From the NCBI GenBank assembly GCA_902799285.1, contig CADCAA010000003.1, positions 38,215 through 102,214 of the forward strand: a DNA stretch of 64,000 bases, read 5' to 3'. The notes beneath the pieces are model-generated. The model was not told where the DNA came from, did no database searches, and saw only the letters and a program-made list of their open reading frames with translations. Origin of the DNA: an uncultured Pseudomonadota bacterium. Lineage in GTDB: Bacteria; Pseudomonadota; Alphaproteobacteria; Rs-D84. Of the stretch, positions 40,969 to 49,508 are shown piece by piece. Position 1 is the stretch's first letter, and every line of letters starts with the position of its first letter. A program made the position numbers and the translations under genes.

Positions 40969-41565
40969 ATGCACTATAAAACAAAACGTTTATTGAATAA
41001 TGTTCGCGATGCCATTTTGAACCCCAAAAGTTTTTTCAGACGCATTGTTGCCGATGGCGATAATTCAGAATCTATGTTTTTGGCATTTATGTATGGATTG
41101 ATTGGTGGCGTGTTGGTGTTATTGCTGCGTTTAATTGGTGGTGCAACAATTACCATTGGTTCGGTCTTTACCGCGTTGATTATTGTGCCGGTTTTGGCGG
41201 TGGCGTTGCTGTTTATTATGGGTGGGTTGTTGATGTTGATATCTGAAATCACGGGCGGCGAACGCGATTGGGAAATTGCGATAAAGGGTTTGGCGTCGGT
41301 GTTTTTTATGTATCCTGTGATATTGGCGTTGAATTCATGCGCGTTTAATTGCACGTCTATGTGGATCATCAGTTTATTCGTAGATGCGTGGGTTTTATAT
41401 ATGCTGTATTGTATTTCGGTGTATTGTATGCATGGGAATAAAACCAATGTGATAATAATTATCGGCATATTGGCAACATTTATTTTGACTGTATACGTGA
41501 CAGATTATCGAATTGGGTGGTTTATGCTGAAAAATGCCACTGCAACATTATCGTGTTTGTTGTAA
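40969..41565 (+). CDS. Yip1-like multi-pass membrane protein
   Basis: 198 aa with five TM segments and a Yip1-like N-terminal cytoplasmic stretch. Confidence 0.4.
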   Translation: MHYKTKRLLNNVRDAILNPKSFFRRIVADGDNSESMFLAFMYGLIGGVLVLLLRLIGGATITIGSVFTALIIVPVLAVALLFIMGGLLMLISEITGGERDWEIAIKGLASVFFMYPVILALNSCAFNCTSMWIISLFVDAWVLYMLYCISVYCMHGNKTNVIIIIGILATFILTVYVTDYRIGWFMLKNATATLSCLL

Positions 41566-41573
41566 TCATCAAT

Positions 41574-41625
41574 TGAACTTTGCACTTTGGTAAAAAAACA
41601 ACCGCTTCGGCGGTTGTTTTTTTAC
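41574..41625. terminator. Heptamers TGAACTT-TGCACTT followed by a bidirectional terminator (CAACCGC-TTCG-GCGGTTG + T7)
   Basis: Read directly, between convergent genes. Confidence 0.6.
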
Positions 41626-42227
41626 CAATTTGGTGCGTGATCGCCTTCTTTGATAATCGGTTGTTCGTCTTCCCATACAGACAGGCCGGTTTTCAAATCG
41701 GTCAATGTCAATTGCAAATAATATTCTACGCGTGTGTCAACCGATGAAAACCATCCGGATTCCAATTTCAAATTACGCTGAATCATTTTACCTGATAATG
41801 ACATATTTGGTGCAACCAATGTTCCCTTTGACGCGAAAGTCGCTTGGTCATATTCGTCGTTGCCGCGTGTGGCGCGCACTTTGTTGCTGGTGCTATCTTC
41901 GCCGGTAAAGTTTGTTGCGATTTGTGCGCGGCCGGATTTCAATACGGTTGTGCGAATCTTTTTAATCAAGATATCTGTATCAAACCGCTGCATAGTGTCG
42001 TTTTTAATGTCACTAATCGCAATCACGGGTTTTTGCACACCGGATAAAGCGTTGCTTTTCAACATAGAATCCGTCATTTTTTCCGCGGTTTTCGTCCAAT
42101 CACGATATTCCAGTTCCATAACATCCTGCATCGTTGCAACGTCGCGTTCATTATCCAAATCGACAACGCGCGTCCCGCCACATGCGGCCAACGCGGCGCA
42201 TAATGCAATCGGTAATAATTTTTTCAT
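41622..42227 (-). CDS. LpoB-like lipoprotein (COG3417 / DUF3897-type)
   Basis: Lipobox LAACGG and a C-terminal pattern VIAISDIKNDT....D...L...I...L...G.......YYLQLTLTDLKTGLSVW, resembling the LpoB/FlgP family. Confidence 0.4.
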   Translation of the reverse strand: MKKLLPIALCAALAACGGTRVVDLDNERDVATMQDVMELEYRDWTKTAEKMTDSMLKSNALSGVQKPVIAISDIKNDTMQRFDTDILIKKIRTTVLKSGRAQIATNFTGEDSTSNKVRATRGNDEYDQATFASKGTLVAPNMSLSGKMIQRNLKLESGWFSSVDTRVEYYLQLTLTDLKTGLSVWEDEQPIIKEGDHAPNW

Positions 42228-42242
42228 GTTTGCTCCTTTGTT

Positions 42243-43496
42243 TTATATTTTGAATATATGCACAACCGGCCGGTCCCCGGCCAATCGTACATAGATTAAA
42301 TGATTCCCAGAATTCGGTAAATTTGACCCAATGATATCACGTAAATCTGAATCAATCAAGTTTGCGGTTTTTATGCGCATAACACTGATATCTGCGGGCA
42401 GTGTCACCCACGACCGAACATCGGCATTTGTGGTCGATAATGAAAATATAGTTGAACCCAAACCAATCAGACCGGCCCAACGACTGTTTGAATTATATGC
42501 GGCGGCCTGGGCCACGGCGCGCGCGGTGGCACCCGTCCACGCACGCAACGCATCATTTATTCTGTATTCGTTAAATTCGGTCATAAACATTGCGTTTACG
42601 TCCGCCAAATGTTGTGCGCCCCGGATGGATACATCGCCCGACCAAAACTTTGGCTCTGCCACCGCAATCGATACCCAACCAATACCATTTCCCATCGGAA
42701 AGGGCAGGGATAATTCTTGTTCATGCAATTCCGGTGCAAACCCAGATTCGACAAACACCCACGTCGTGTCCGTTGGACGTGATTTTGATTCCGATAATTT
42801 CAAATCGTCCGCAACAAAAGTATTATTCGGTGCCATACCATTTGCGCGTTTAAGGTATGTTTCTGCATCGTTAAAATCGCCACGTGTCAAAAACCAAATA
42901 CCCGACAAATACATCAATGCCGGATTCATAATGTCGCGATACGCCGTCCATTGTGCGTTCTGGGATTGCAATTTTGACATCAGTTCGGAATTTTCATCCG
43001 TCGTCCGATTTTGATTTTTTTGCACCATATCGGCATAGGCGCGCGACATATCTTGTTGGCGCGCATATGATTGGTTGATGATAACGCGCACATCATTTTT
43101 ACGCCCATCGGCCACGGCATCCCAAATTTGATAGTACGACACAAACAGCGAATCCATCATCGTGGGTTTGTATTCCGTCGCCAATTGTCCGCCGATTAAA
43201 CCGGTTGCCTCGCGCACAATGCTGCCGCCGATTGTGTCGATATTTCGTTTGTTAAATTCTTCGAATGTGGCATCACTTTGCGAAAATTCAGCCGCCTGGA
43301 ATTCGGCCAGCCCCGTCACCAACAATTGCAAATTATTTTGTGATTTTATATCGGCACCATCGGCAAATTGCGCCGCAGATTCGATAAAATTATTATTTGA
43401 AAAATCATCACGCACATTATTTAACCGACGCGTCGCAACACTCGCACAACCCGCGATAAATAAAAGGCAGACAAAAACAGGTAATAATTTTTTCAT
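42243..43496 (-). CDS. Hypothetical lipoprotein
   Basis: Lipobox LFIAGCAS at the start MKKLLPVFV. ~417 aa, 4 nt downstream of the virD4 stop. Confidence 0.5.
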   Translation of the reverse strand: MKKLLPVFVCLLFIAGCASVATRRLNNVRDDFSNNNFIESAAQFADGADIKSQNNLQLLVTGLAEFQAAEFSQSDATFEEFNKRNIDTIGGSIVREATGLIGGQLATEYKPTMMDSLFVSYYQIWDAVADGRKNDVRVIINQSYARQQDMSRAYADMVQKNQNRTTDENSELMSKLQSQNAQWTAYRDIMNPALMYLSGIWFLTRGDFNDAETYLKRANGMAPNNTFVADDLKLSESKSRPTDTTWVFVESGFAPELHEQELSLPFPMGNGIGWVSIAVAEPKFWSGDVSIRGAQHLADVNAMFMTEFNEYRINDALRAWTGATARAVAQAAAYNSNSRWAGLIGLGSTIFSLSTTNADVRSWVTLPADISVMRIKTANLIDSDLRDIIGSNLPNSGNHLIYVRLAGDRPVVHIFKI

Positions 43497-43500
43497 CTGA

Positions 43501-45771
43501 TTATTCAGACAATATTTTAATCGTGTTTGTTTCTTTGTCAAACAGACGAATTGGCCCACTGTATCCCATCGCCTTGCAATGTGATGGCACCAAAAATTCC
43601 GGCATAGGCGCACTTTCGCCCATTGCAACCTTGGCCGCGATGGATTTTTGAATATCATTTTTCATCAGGTAATATCTTTCCTGATTGGCCTCAATCGGTC
43701 TGTTGTAAAACCCTTGGTACAGGACGATTTGTTTTCCTTCGTCCAGTGTCATAATATCCATTGGCGAATAAAGCGGTTTTGGTGTTTTTGTTTCTTCGGA
43801 TTCTTTTCCATCCTTGTCGATTTTTCTTTCTTTTTTAATTTCATTACCAATCATATTTGAAAAGCGTTCTGCGGTCTCGAAATCATTTTGACGCATAATA
43901 ATTTTCGCCGCCGTTGTTGAAATAATGGTTGCCGCCGCATCTTCGCCGTATTTTTCGCGAATTTGGTGAATGTCCTGGCCGATAATTAAATAAGAAATCT
44001 TTTGCCCACGTCCCAAATCAGGTCCCTGGATAACCGCATCCAACTTTTGCATTTTCGGCATTTCATCCAACACAAATAATACAGGATATGGCCCCAATTG
44101 TTTTCCGTTGGTGCTGGTGATACCCGGTGTGTTCACCAATAAATAGTTGGACATCAATTCAATGAATATACCGGTGATTGGATTCAAAGCCTGGGCGTCA
44201 ACCATATTGATTGATAAATATACCGTGACCGGTTTAACCTTGCCATCGCGCGGGTCAACCAGACCACGCAAATCTTCGAAATGGAAATCGGAATGACTGG
44301 TTCTGTTGCGAACAGCCGCATTACGGAATACACCCAATCCCGCCATAATTGTAGACAAAATTGATCCACGTTCTTTGTCCGGCGTGTTTGCCAATTGCGT
44401 CAGTTCCAAAACCGCACGATGCGCATACGCGAATTCTACGGCCTCGTTCACGGCGTTTTCCAAAACATCCTTCATCGGGTCGGCCAGTGCCACCATTTGG
44501 TCGCCTTGTTTGCGGCGTTCCTCTAATTGTGCGGCATTTGCCAATTGCGATGCATTCAACCAATCCAAAATCATGGATAACGATGCTTCTTTGCCAATCC
44601 AAGCATCCGGAATATGCCGCCATGTTCCAACATGCACATAGTTCATCGCGTTTAATTCCCCGCGCTGTAATAACCCCATTGCCGCATAGGCGTTTGGATT
44701 ACTGGACATTTGCAGGTAATATTCCAACAAAATATTCGCGTCTTCTTGGTTAAATTCGCCTGACTTCAACCGCGCATAGAAATAATCATCGGCCTTGGCG
44801 CGTTCAACCTTGGAAATAATATACTGCACAAACCCGGATAATCCCGCACGCCCCGATATTGACCAGTGTGGATCGGCACTTGACCCTGTTGCATCTGGCA
44901 CCAATACCTTGCAAATTGTATCAACATACAAATCGCGTTGTTCGGTTTCAAATGGAACGTGTTCCGGCGACAACGGATTCCACGAAGGATAATAAATTCC
45001 GCGTTCTGGGTCATCTTGTCCGGCCCAGTTCATAATAAACACCGGCCCAATTGTTGCGCGATATGCGGATGTTTCCTGTTTTAATTCGGGCTTTGGGTCG
45101 TTAATAATCATTGATACAGTATCGCATTCAACAATTGTTGGTTCCACCACAGCCTTGGTTTTACCGGACCCTGGGGGCGCAACACATAACACGGACAATG
45201 TTTCGTCCAACATTAATGGCTTGGTTTTTTTACCGTCCTTGAAATAGCCCAACACCATCATAAACCCGTTAAACAAACCATCTTTATTTTTCCAATTTTT
45301 ACCCATTTTTTTGATATCTTCGGCGGTTGCCTTGCGCGAAGATTTAGAATCATAAATATCGGACCCATGCGGATTAAATTCCTTGGTCAATGTGTCATCC
45401 GCAATGAAATAGAACGCAATAATCGGTAATAATGGCACAACGCATGCAAAATCCGGCCGTATCAATGAACGCAAAATCCATCCCGGTACCGCCGCCGCAA
45501 CCGATAAACCACATGTATGAATCATATCACGCAAAAATATGCCGGCCCAATGCGCGGTCGCCGGCGACCATCCATAACGAAATGTATGTTCCAGGATAAA
45601 GGCAAACCCAAACGCAATTGCACAAACAACCCATGTCACGGCATTCCAACGGAATACCCAAAATGTTTGTGCCATAGGGCCACGTTCGTGCTCTTTATAC
45701 GCAGATGATTTGAATATATTCAAACCCTTTGACGAACCGCCCGCAGATAAAATATTGAATTTCTCAGCCAT
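43501..45771 (-). CDS. virD4: Type IV secretion coupling protein VirD4/TraG family
   Basis: N-terminal TM helices, Walker A CVAPPGSGKT and Walker B VLFVLDEMP, ~757 aa. Start assigned at MAEKFNIL. Confidence 0.8.
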   Translation of the reverse strand: MAEKFNILSAGGSSKGLNIFKSSAYKEHERGPMAQTFWVFRWNAVTWVVCAIAFGFAFILEHTFRYGWSPATAHWAGIFLRDMIHTCGLSVAAAVPGWILRSLIRPDFACVVPLLPIIAFYFIADDTLTKEFNPHGSDIYDSKSSRKATAEDIKKMGKNWKNKDGLFNGFMMVLGYFKDGKKTKPLMLDETLSVLCVAPPGSGKTKAVVEPTIVECDTVSMIINDPKPELKQETSAYRATIGPVFIMNWAGQDDPERGIYYPSWNPLSPEHVPFETEQRDLYVDTICKVLVPDATGSSADPHWSISGRAGLSGFVQYIISKVERAKADDYFYARLKSGEFNQEDANILLEYYLQMSSNPNAYAAMGLLQRGELNAMNYVHVGTWRHIPDAWIGKEASLSMILDWLNASQLANAAQLEERRKQGDQMVALADPMKDVLENAVNEAVEFAYAHRAVLELTQLANTPDKERGSILSTIMAGLGVFRNAAVRNRTSHSDFHFEDLRGLVDPRDGKVKPVTVYLSINMVDAQALNPITGIFIELMSNYLLVNTPGITSTNGKQLGPYPVLFVLDEMPKMQKLDAVIQGPDLGRGQKISYLIIGQDIHQIREKYGEDAAATIISTTAAKIIMRQNDFETAERFSNMIGNEIKKERKIDKDGKESEETKTPKPLYSPMDIMTLDEGKQIVLYQGFYNRPIEANQERYYLMKNDIQKSIAAKVAMGESAPMPEFLVPSHCKAMGYSGPIRLFDKETNTIKILSE

Positions 45772-45828
45772 GGTGTTATTATTATACCAGAAAACAACGA
45801 TTAAATAAATCACGAAATTAAAAATATT

Positions 45829-46482
45829 ATGAAAAATATACCACGAATTTTTATCAGTGAAAATATTAAACCCGGTAATATAATACCGGTCGATAAATCG
45901 GTTGCCCACTATTTATCGCACGTAATGCGCCGAAATGATTGCCTGGTCTTTGGTGGTGGAAATGAATATACGGCCACATTAAACGCGGACGGCAAAACAA
46001 TGACAATCGGCGATAAAACGACTCACGCCGACCCGTCAAATGATATTACATTGTATTTCGCGCCGATAAAAAGATTGGACGATATGCTGAATATGGCGAC
46101 CCAGATGGGTGTAAAAAAATTTATACCTGTGATAACAGAACGCACGGTTGCAAACCACATAAATTGGGAACGTATGAAAAAAATAGTGATTGAGGCATCT
46201 GAGCAATCCAACCGCAACAGTGTGCCTGAAATTGCATCGCCAATAAAGTTTTCCGATTTACCGTGTTCTGATTTGGTGTTTGCAGATGAACGTGCGGCAT
46301 ACGGTGCCGAAATGCCAACGGAGTATAAAAACATAAAAAATATATTGGTCGGGCCCGAAGGTGGCTTTGCGGATTCTGAATTTGCTGCGCTGGATAAAAA
46401 TGGTGCGTATCCATTGTCGTTGGGTAAAACAATTTTACGCGCAGAATTGGCGACGCCAATCGCAATTGCAAAGGTTATTTAA
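45829..46482 (+). CDS. rsmE: 16S rRNA m3U1498 methyltransferase RsmE
   Basis: PUA-like N-terminus and the SPOUT C-terminal motif VGPEGGF...LGKTILRAE. Confidence 0.75.
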   Translation: MKNIPRIFISENIKPGNIIPVDKSVAHYLSHVMRRNDCLVFGGGNEYTATLNADGKTMTIGDKTTHADPSNDITLYFAPIKRLDDMLNMATQMGVKKFIPVITERTVANHINWERMKKIVIEASEQSNRNSVPEIASPIKFSDLPCSDLVFADERAAYGAEMPTEYKNIKNILVGPEGGFADSEFAALDKNGAYPLSLGKTILRAELATPIAIAKVI

Positions 46483-47180
46483 TGGAAAAAATCAGAATCG
46501 CAAAATTTATCGCAAATTGTGGAATTGCATCACGCAGGGATGCCGAAAAATTGATTGCGTCCGGCGTGGTTGTGGTAAATGGCGCGACTATAAATTCGCC
46601 GGCATTAAATGTGTCGGAATCTGATACTGTGACGGTCAACGGCAAAATCATAAAACCAAAATCTGATACAGAACTTTACATTTTCAATAAACCATTAAAC
46701 GTTATGACAACGGCACGCGACCCATTAAATCGCAAAACTATTTATGATGTGTTGCCGCCTGAATACAAACATTTGCGCTATGTTGGGCGGTTGGATTATA
46801 AAACCACAGGATTGTTATTGATGACAAACGATGGTGATTTGGCGCGTCGTTTAACATTGCCATCAAATAAAATTCCGCGCACATAGATCGCACGTGTTGG
46901 TGGAAAAAATCCAGATTTTGATATTGCGCGTCGTGGTGCAACTGTTGATGGTATCCATTATCGCCCAATGGAAATTTCGGAAATATCGAACGGTAAAATT
47001 CGTGTGACCGTGACCGAGGGTAAAAAGAACGAGGTCCGCATAGTCCTTCGTGCTTGCGGTGCGCCGGTGCAAAAATTACATCGTGAATCTTTTGGCAATT
47101 TATCTTTGGGAAAATTGGCGTCCGGAAAAATAATAAAAGTATCAAAGAAAGGTATTGACGAACTTATCAAAACTCTTTAA
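46482..47180 (+). pseudogene. rsuA: Pseudouridine synthase RsuA/RluB family (S4 domain + catalytic domain) with an in-frame TAG at 46884-46886
   Basis: S4 motif and the catalytic Asp motif GRLDYKTTGLLLMTNDG. In ...SNKIPRT*IARVGG, the stop replaces the conserved Tyr of the K/R-x-Y-x-V motif. Downstream, 46887-47180 continues in the same frame. Confidence 0.7.
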
Positions 47181-47218
47181 CATTTAAATAAAGAGAATAA
47201 ATTTAAGGGAGTCATCCA

Positions 47219-48217
47219 ATGCGTAAAATTACCACAAAAACCAAAACAAACACAACGCGTAATGCGGGCACATCATGGTCTACACCGATTTATGTGTATT
47301 GGTTTATAATTTTATTTTTCATCGCTGCAACATTTTATATTTTGGGACGCAGTCACGGAATGATTCACAATCCTGCAACATTGAACGAAGAAATTTTGAT
47401 GCAGGCATCTGATTATTTCAATGCAGGCAAGGCTAAACTGGAATCCGGCGATATCGAGGGCGCAATTGCCGATTTAACGGCGGTGGTTGATTCAGGTGCT
47501 GTATCTGGTACTGCATATCTTGCCCGGGGCGAGGCGTATATGTTGTTGGGTGATTATAAAAAGGCGATGGCTGACTTTAATTCTGCGATTGAACACGACG
47601 CAACAAATGTTTTGGCATTTTATGATAAAGCGTTGTTGGAAATGCGGTTAGAAGATTACGATTCCGCAATGATTGATATCAATAATGCATTGGTTGTCGC
47701 GGCATCTAATCCGGCACCGGCCGTCACATTGCGTGATTTGTATGCCAAACGTGGTCAATTGAATTTATGGATGAAAAATTGGGATGGTGCGATTGCTGAT
47801 TATACAAATTCTTTGGCGCGTCCTGATGGAACGGTCACACCGGATGTTTATGCCGAACGGGCCGAGGCTTATACCGCCAAAGGCGAATATGCAAACGCAA
47901 TTGCCGATTACACATCTGCGATGCAGGTTGTCAAAGAACAATTGGGTGGCATAACTGATGCGGACCATGGCGAAAAATTATCCCGTGATGTGATGGGATA
48001 CACCGAAAAAACGGCCGCATTATATCTGAAACAAGAAGATAAAAATGCCGCATTGGCGAATTTGAATGGCGCATACCAAATTGCAATTGCGTTAAACGAT
48101 ACTGAAAATGCGGAACGTTTAACAACGTTGATTAACGATTTGAACGAATCTATCGCCGCGGACGAGGCTAAAAAGGGCAAAGTGATAACAATGGAAGAGG
48201 CACAAATGGCCCAATAA
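47219..48217 (+). CDS. TPR-repeat protein with N-terminal TM
   Basis: Multiple TPR-like repeats (AxxxYxxAG, GxYxxA). Confidence 0.5.
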   Translation: MRKITTKTKTNTTRNAGTSWSTPIYVYWFIILFFIAATFYILGRSHGMIHNPATLNEEILMQASDYFNAGKAKLESGDIEGAIADLTAVVDSGAVSGTAYLARGEAYMLLGDYKKAMADFNSAIEHDATNVLAFYDKALLEMRLEDYDSAMIDINNALVVAASNPAPAVTLRDLYAKRGQLNLWMKNWDGAIADYTNSLARPDGTVTPDVYAERAEAYTAKGEYANAIADYTSAMQVVKEQLGGITDADHGEKLSRDVMGYTEKTAALYLKQEDKNAALANLNGAYQIAIALNDTENAERLTTLINDLNESIAADEAKKGKVITMEEAQMAQ

Positions 48218-48263
48218 GTTTCATTTAATAATCCCCCATGGGTTTATTATTTGTTTGCAAAAA

Positions 48264-48340
48264 GCACCACTTTGATGGTGCTTTTTTTATATAAATCTGA
48301 AACAAAAAAACAACCGCCAAAACGGCGATTGTTTTATTTT
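48264..48340. terminator. Two terminator hairpins, one for the TPR gene on the plus strand and one for rpsO on the minus strand
   Basis: GCACCA-CTTTGA-TGGTGC followed by T7, then CAATCGCC-GTTTT-GGCGGTTG followed by T-runs on the minus strand. Confidence 0.55.
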
Positions 48341-48350
48341 TAACTTGGTA

Positions 48351-48623
48351 TTACTTACGCAAACCTAACTTTTTAATCAATGCATCATAATCAGACTCAC
48401 TACGACGTTTGATATATGCCAATAATTTTTTACGACGATTAACCATCAACAACAAACCGCGTTTGCTGTGTTCGTCTTTGTGATTATTTTTCATGTGTTC
48501 TGTTAAATTGCGAATACGTTCGGTCAAAACCGCAACCTGGGTTGCCGCGCTGCCGCCGTTATCGTTTTCAGACACTTTGAATTCTTTAATCAATTCAGTT
48601 TTTTTTGTTTTTGTAATGGACAT
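48351..48623 (-). CDS. rpsO: 30S ribosomal protein S15
   Basis: Typical S15 sequence (LTEHMKNNHKDEHSKRGLL..V..RKKLL.Y). Confidence 0.9.
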   Translation of the reverse strand: MSITKTKKTELIKEFKVSENDNGGSAATQVAVLTERIRNLTEHMKNNHKDEHSKRGLLLMVNRRKKLLAYIKRRSESDYDALIKKLGLRK

Positions 48624-48635
48624 TATATATTTCCT

Positions 48636-49508
48636 TTATATTGTGCGCACAGGGCGCAGTTGTTTTTTATTTACAACGCCAATTCCGACAAATTCAGTAC
48701 CATTATAAACCCGAAATTGCCCATCCGGCATTGCGACCCCGATAAATCCACCGTTTTTATAAAGTTTGGTTTCTTTATCATCCAGATTCAAAACCGGAAT
48801 GTCCCCCAGTCCTGAATCAATCGGCATCAGGTATTGACCGATGTCCGCACCATTATTAACCAGATTTTCCAAAAAATCAAGTGTGACGGCATTTTTTATA
48901 TCAAACCCATTTGTTGAAATGCGCCTAATCATATCGACAACGGCAATCGCACCGCATTTTTCGGCAATATCACGCCCCAATGACCGAACATATGTCCCCG
49001 ACCCGCATTTAACATAAAATTCCCAGGAATTGCCACGTTTTCCGTTGTATTTTAATTCGTATATATGCACACACCGCGCCGGTATTTCAACATCATCGCC
49101 GGCACGTGCAATCTTGTATGCGCGCCGACCGTTTATATGTATTGCACTGTATGCGGGTGGCACTTGGTCAATATCGCCAATAAAATCCCCCAGAACATTT
49201 GTTATTTGCTCGTCTGTTGGGATAATGTCGTTGCGCGCAATTTCGGTACCGGTCACATCCAAAGTATCCGTTGCCCGCCCAAATTGCACAGAAAACAGAT
49301 ATTCCTTTATGCCGCCATTTGCATCCTCGATAAACGGAATCATTTTTGTCGCGTCCCCAATCGCAATCGGCAAAACACCGGTCGCCATTGGGTCCAGTGT
49401 TCCAATATGCCCTGATTTTTTTATTCCGAACAAATGTGCAACGCGCGACGAAGCGGTGCGACTGAATAACCCCGATGCTTTGTCTAAAATAATCCACCCA
49501 GACATCAT
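48636..49508 (-). CDS. truB: tRNA pseudouridine-55 synthase TruB
   Basis: GHIGTLDPMATGVLP catalytic motif. Confidence 0.9.
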   Translation of the reverse strand: MMSGWIILDKASGLFSRTASSRVAHLFGIKKSGHIGTLDPMATGVLPIAIGDATKMIPFIEDANGGIKEYLFSVQFGRATDTLDVTGTEIARNDIIPTDEQITNVLGDFIGDIDQVPPAYSAIHINGRRAYKIARAGDDVEIPARCVHIYELKYNGKRGNSWEFYVKCGSGTYVRSLGRDIAEKCGAIAVVDMIRRISTNGFDIKNAVTLDFLENLVNNGADIGQYLMPIDSGLGDIPVLNLDDKETKLYKNGGFIGVAMPDGQFRVYNGTEFVGIGVVNKKQLRPVRTI

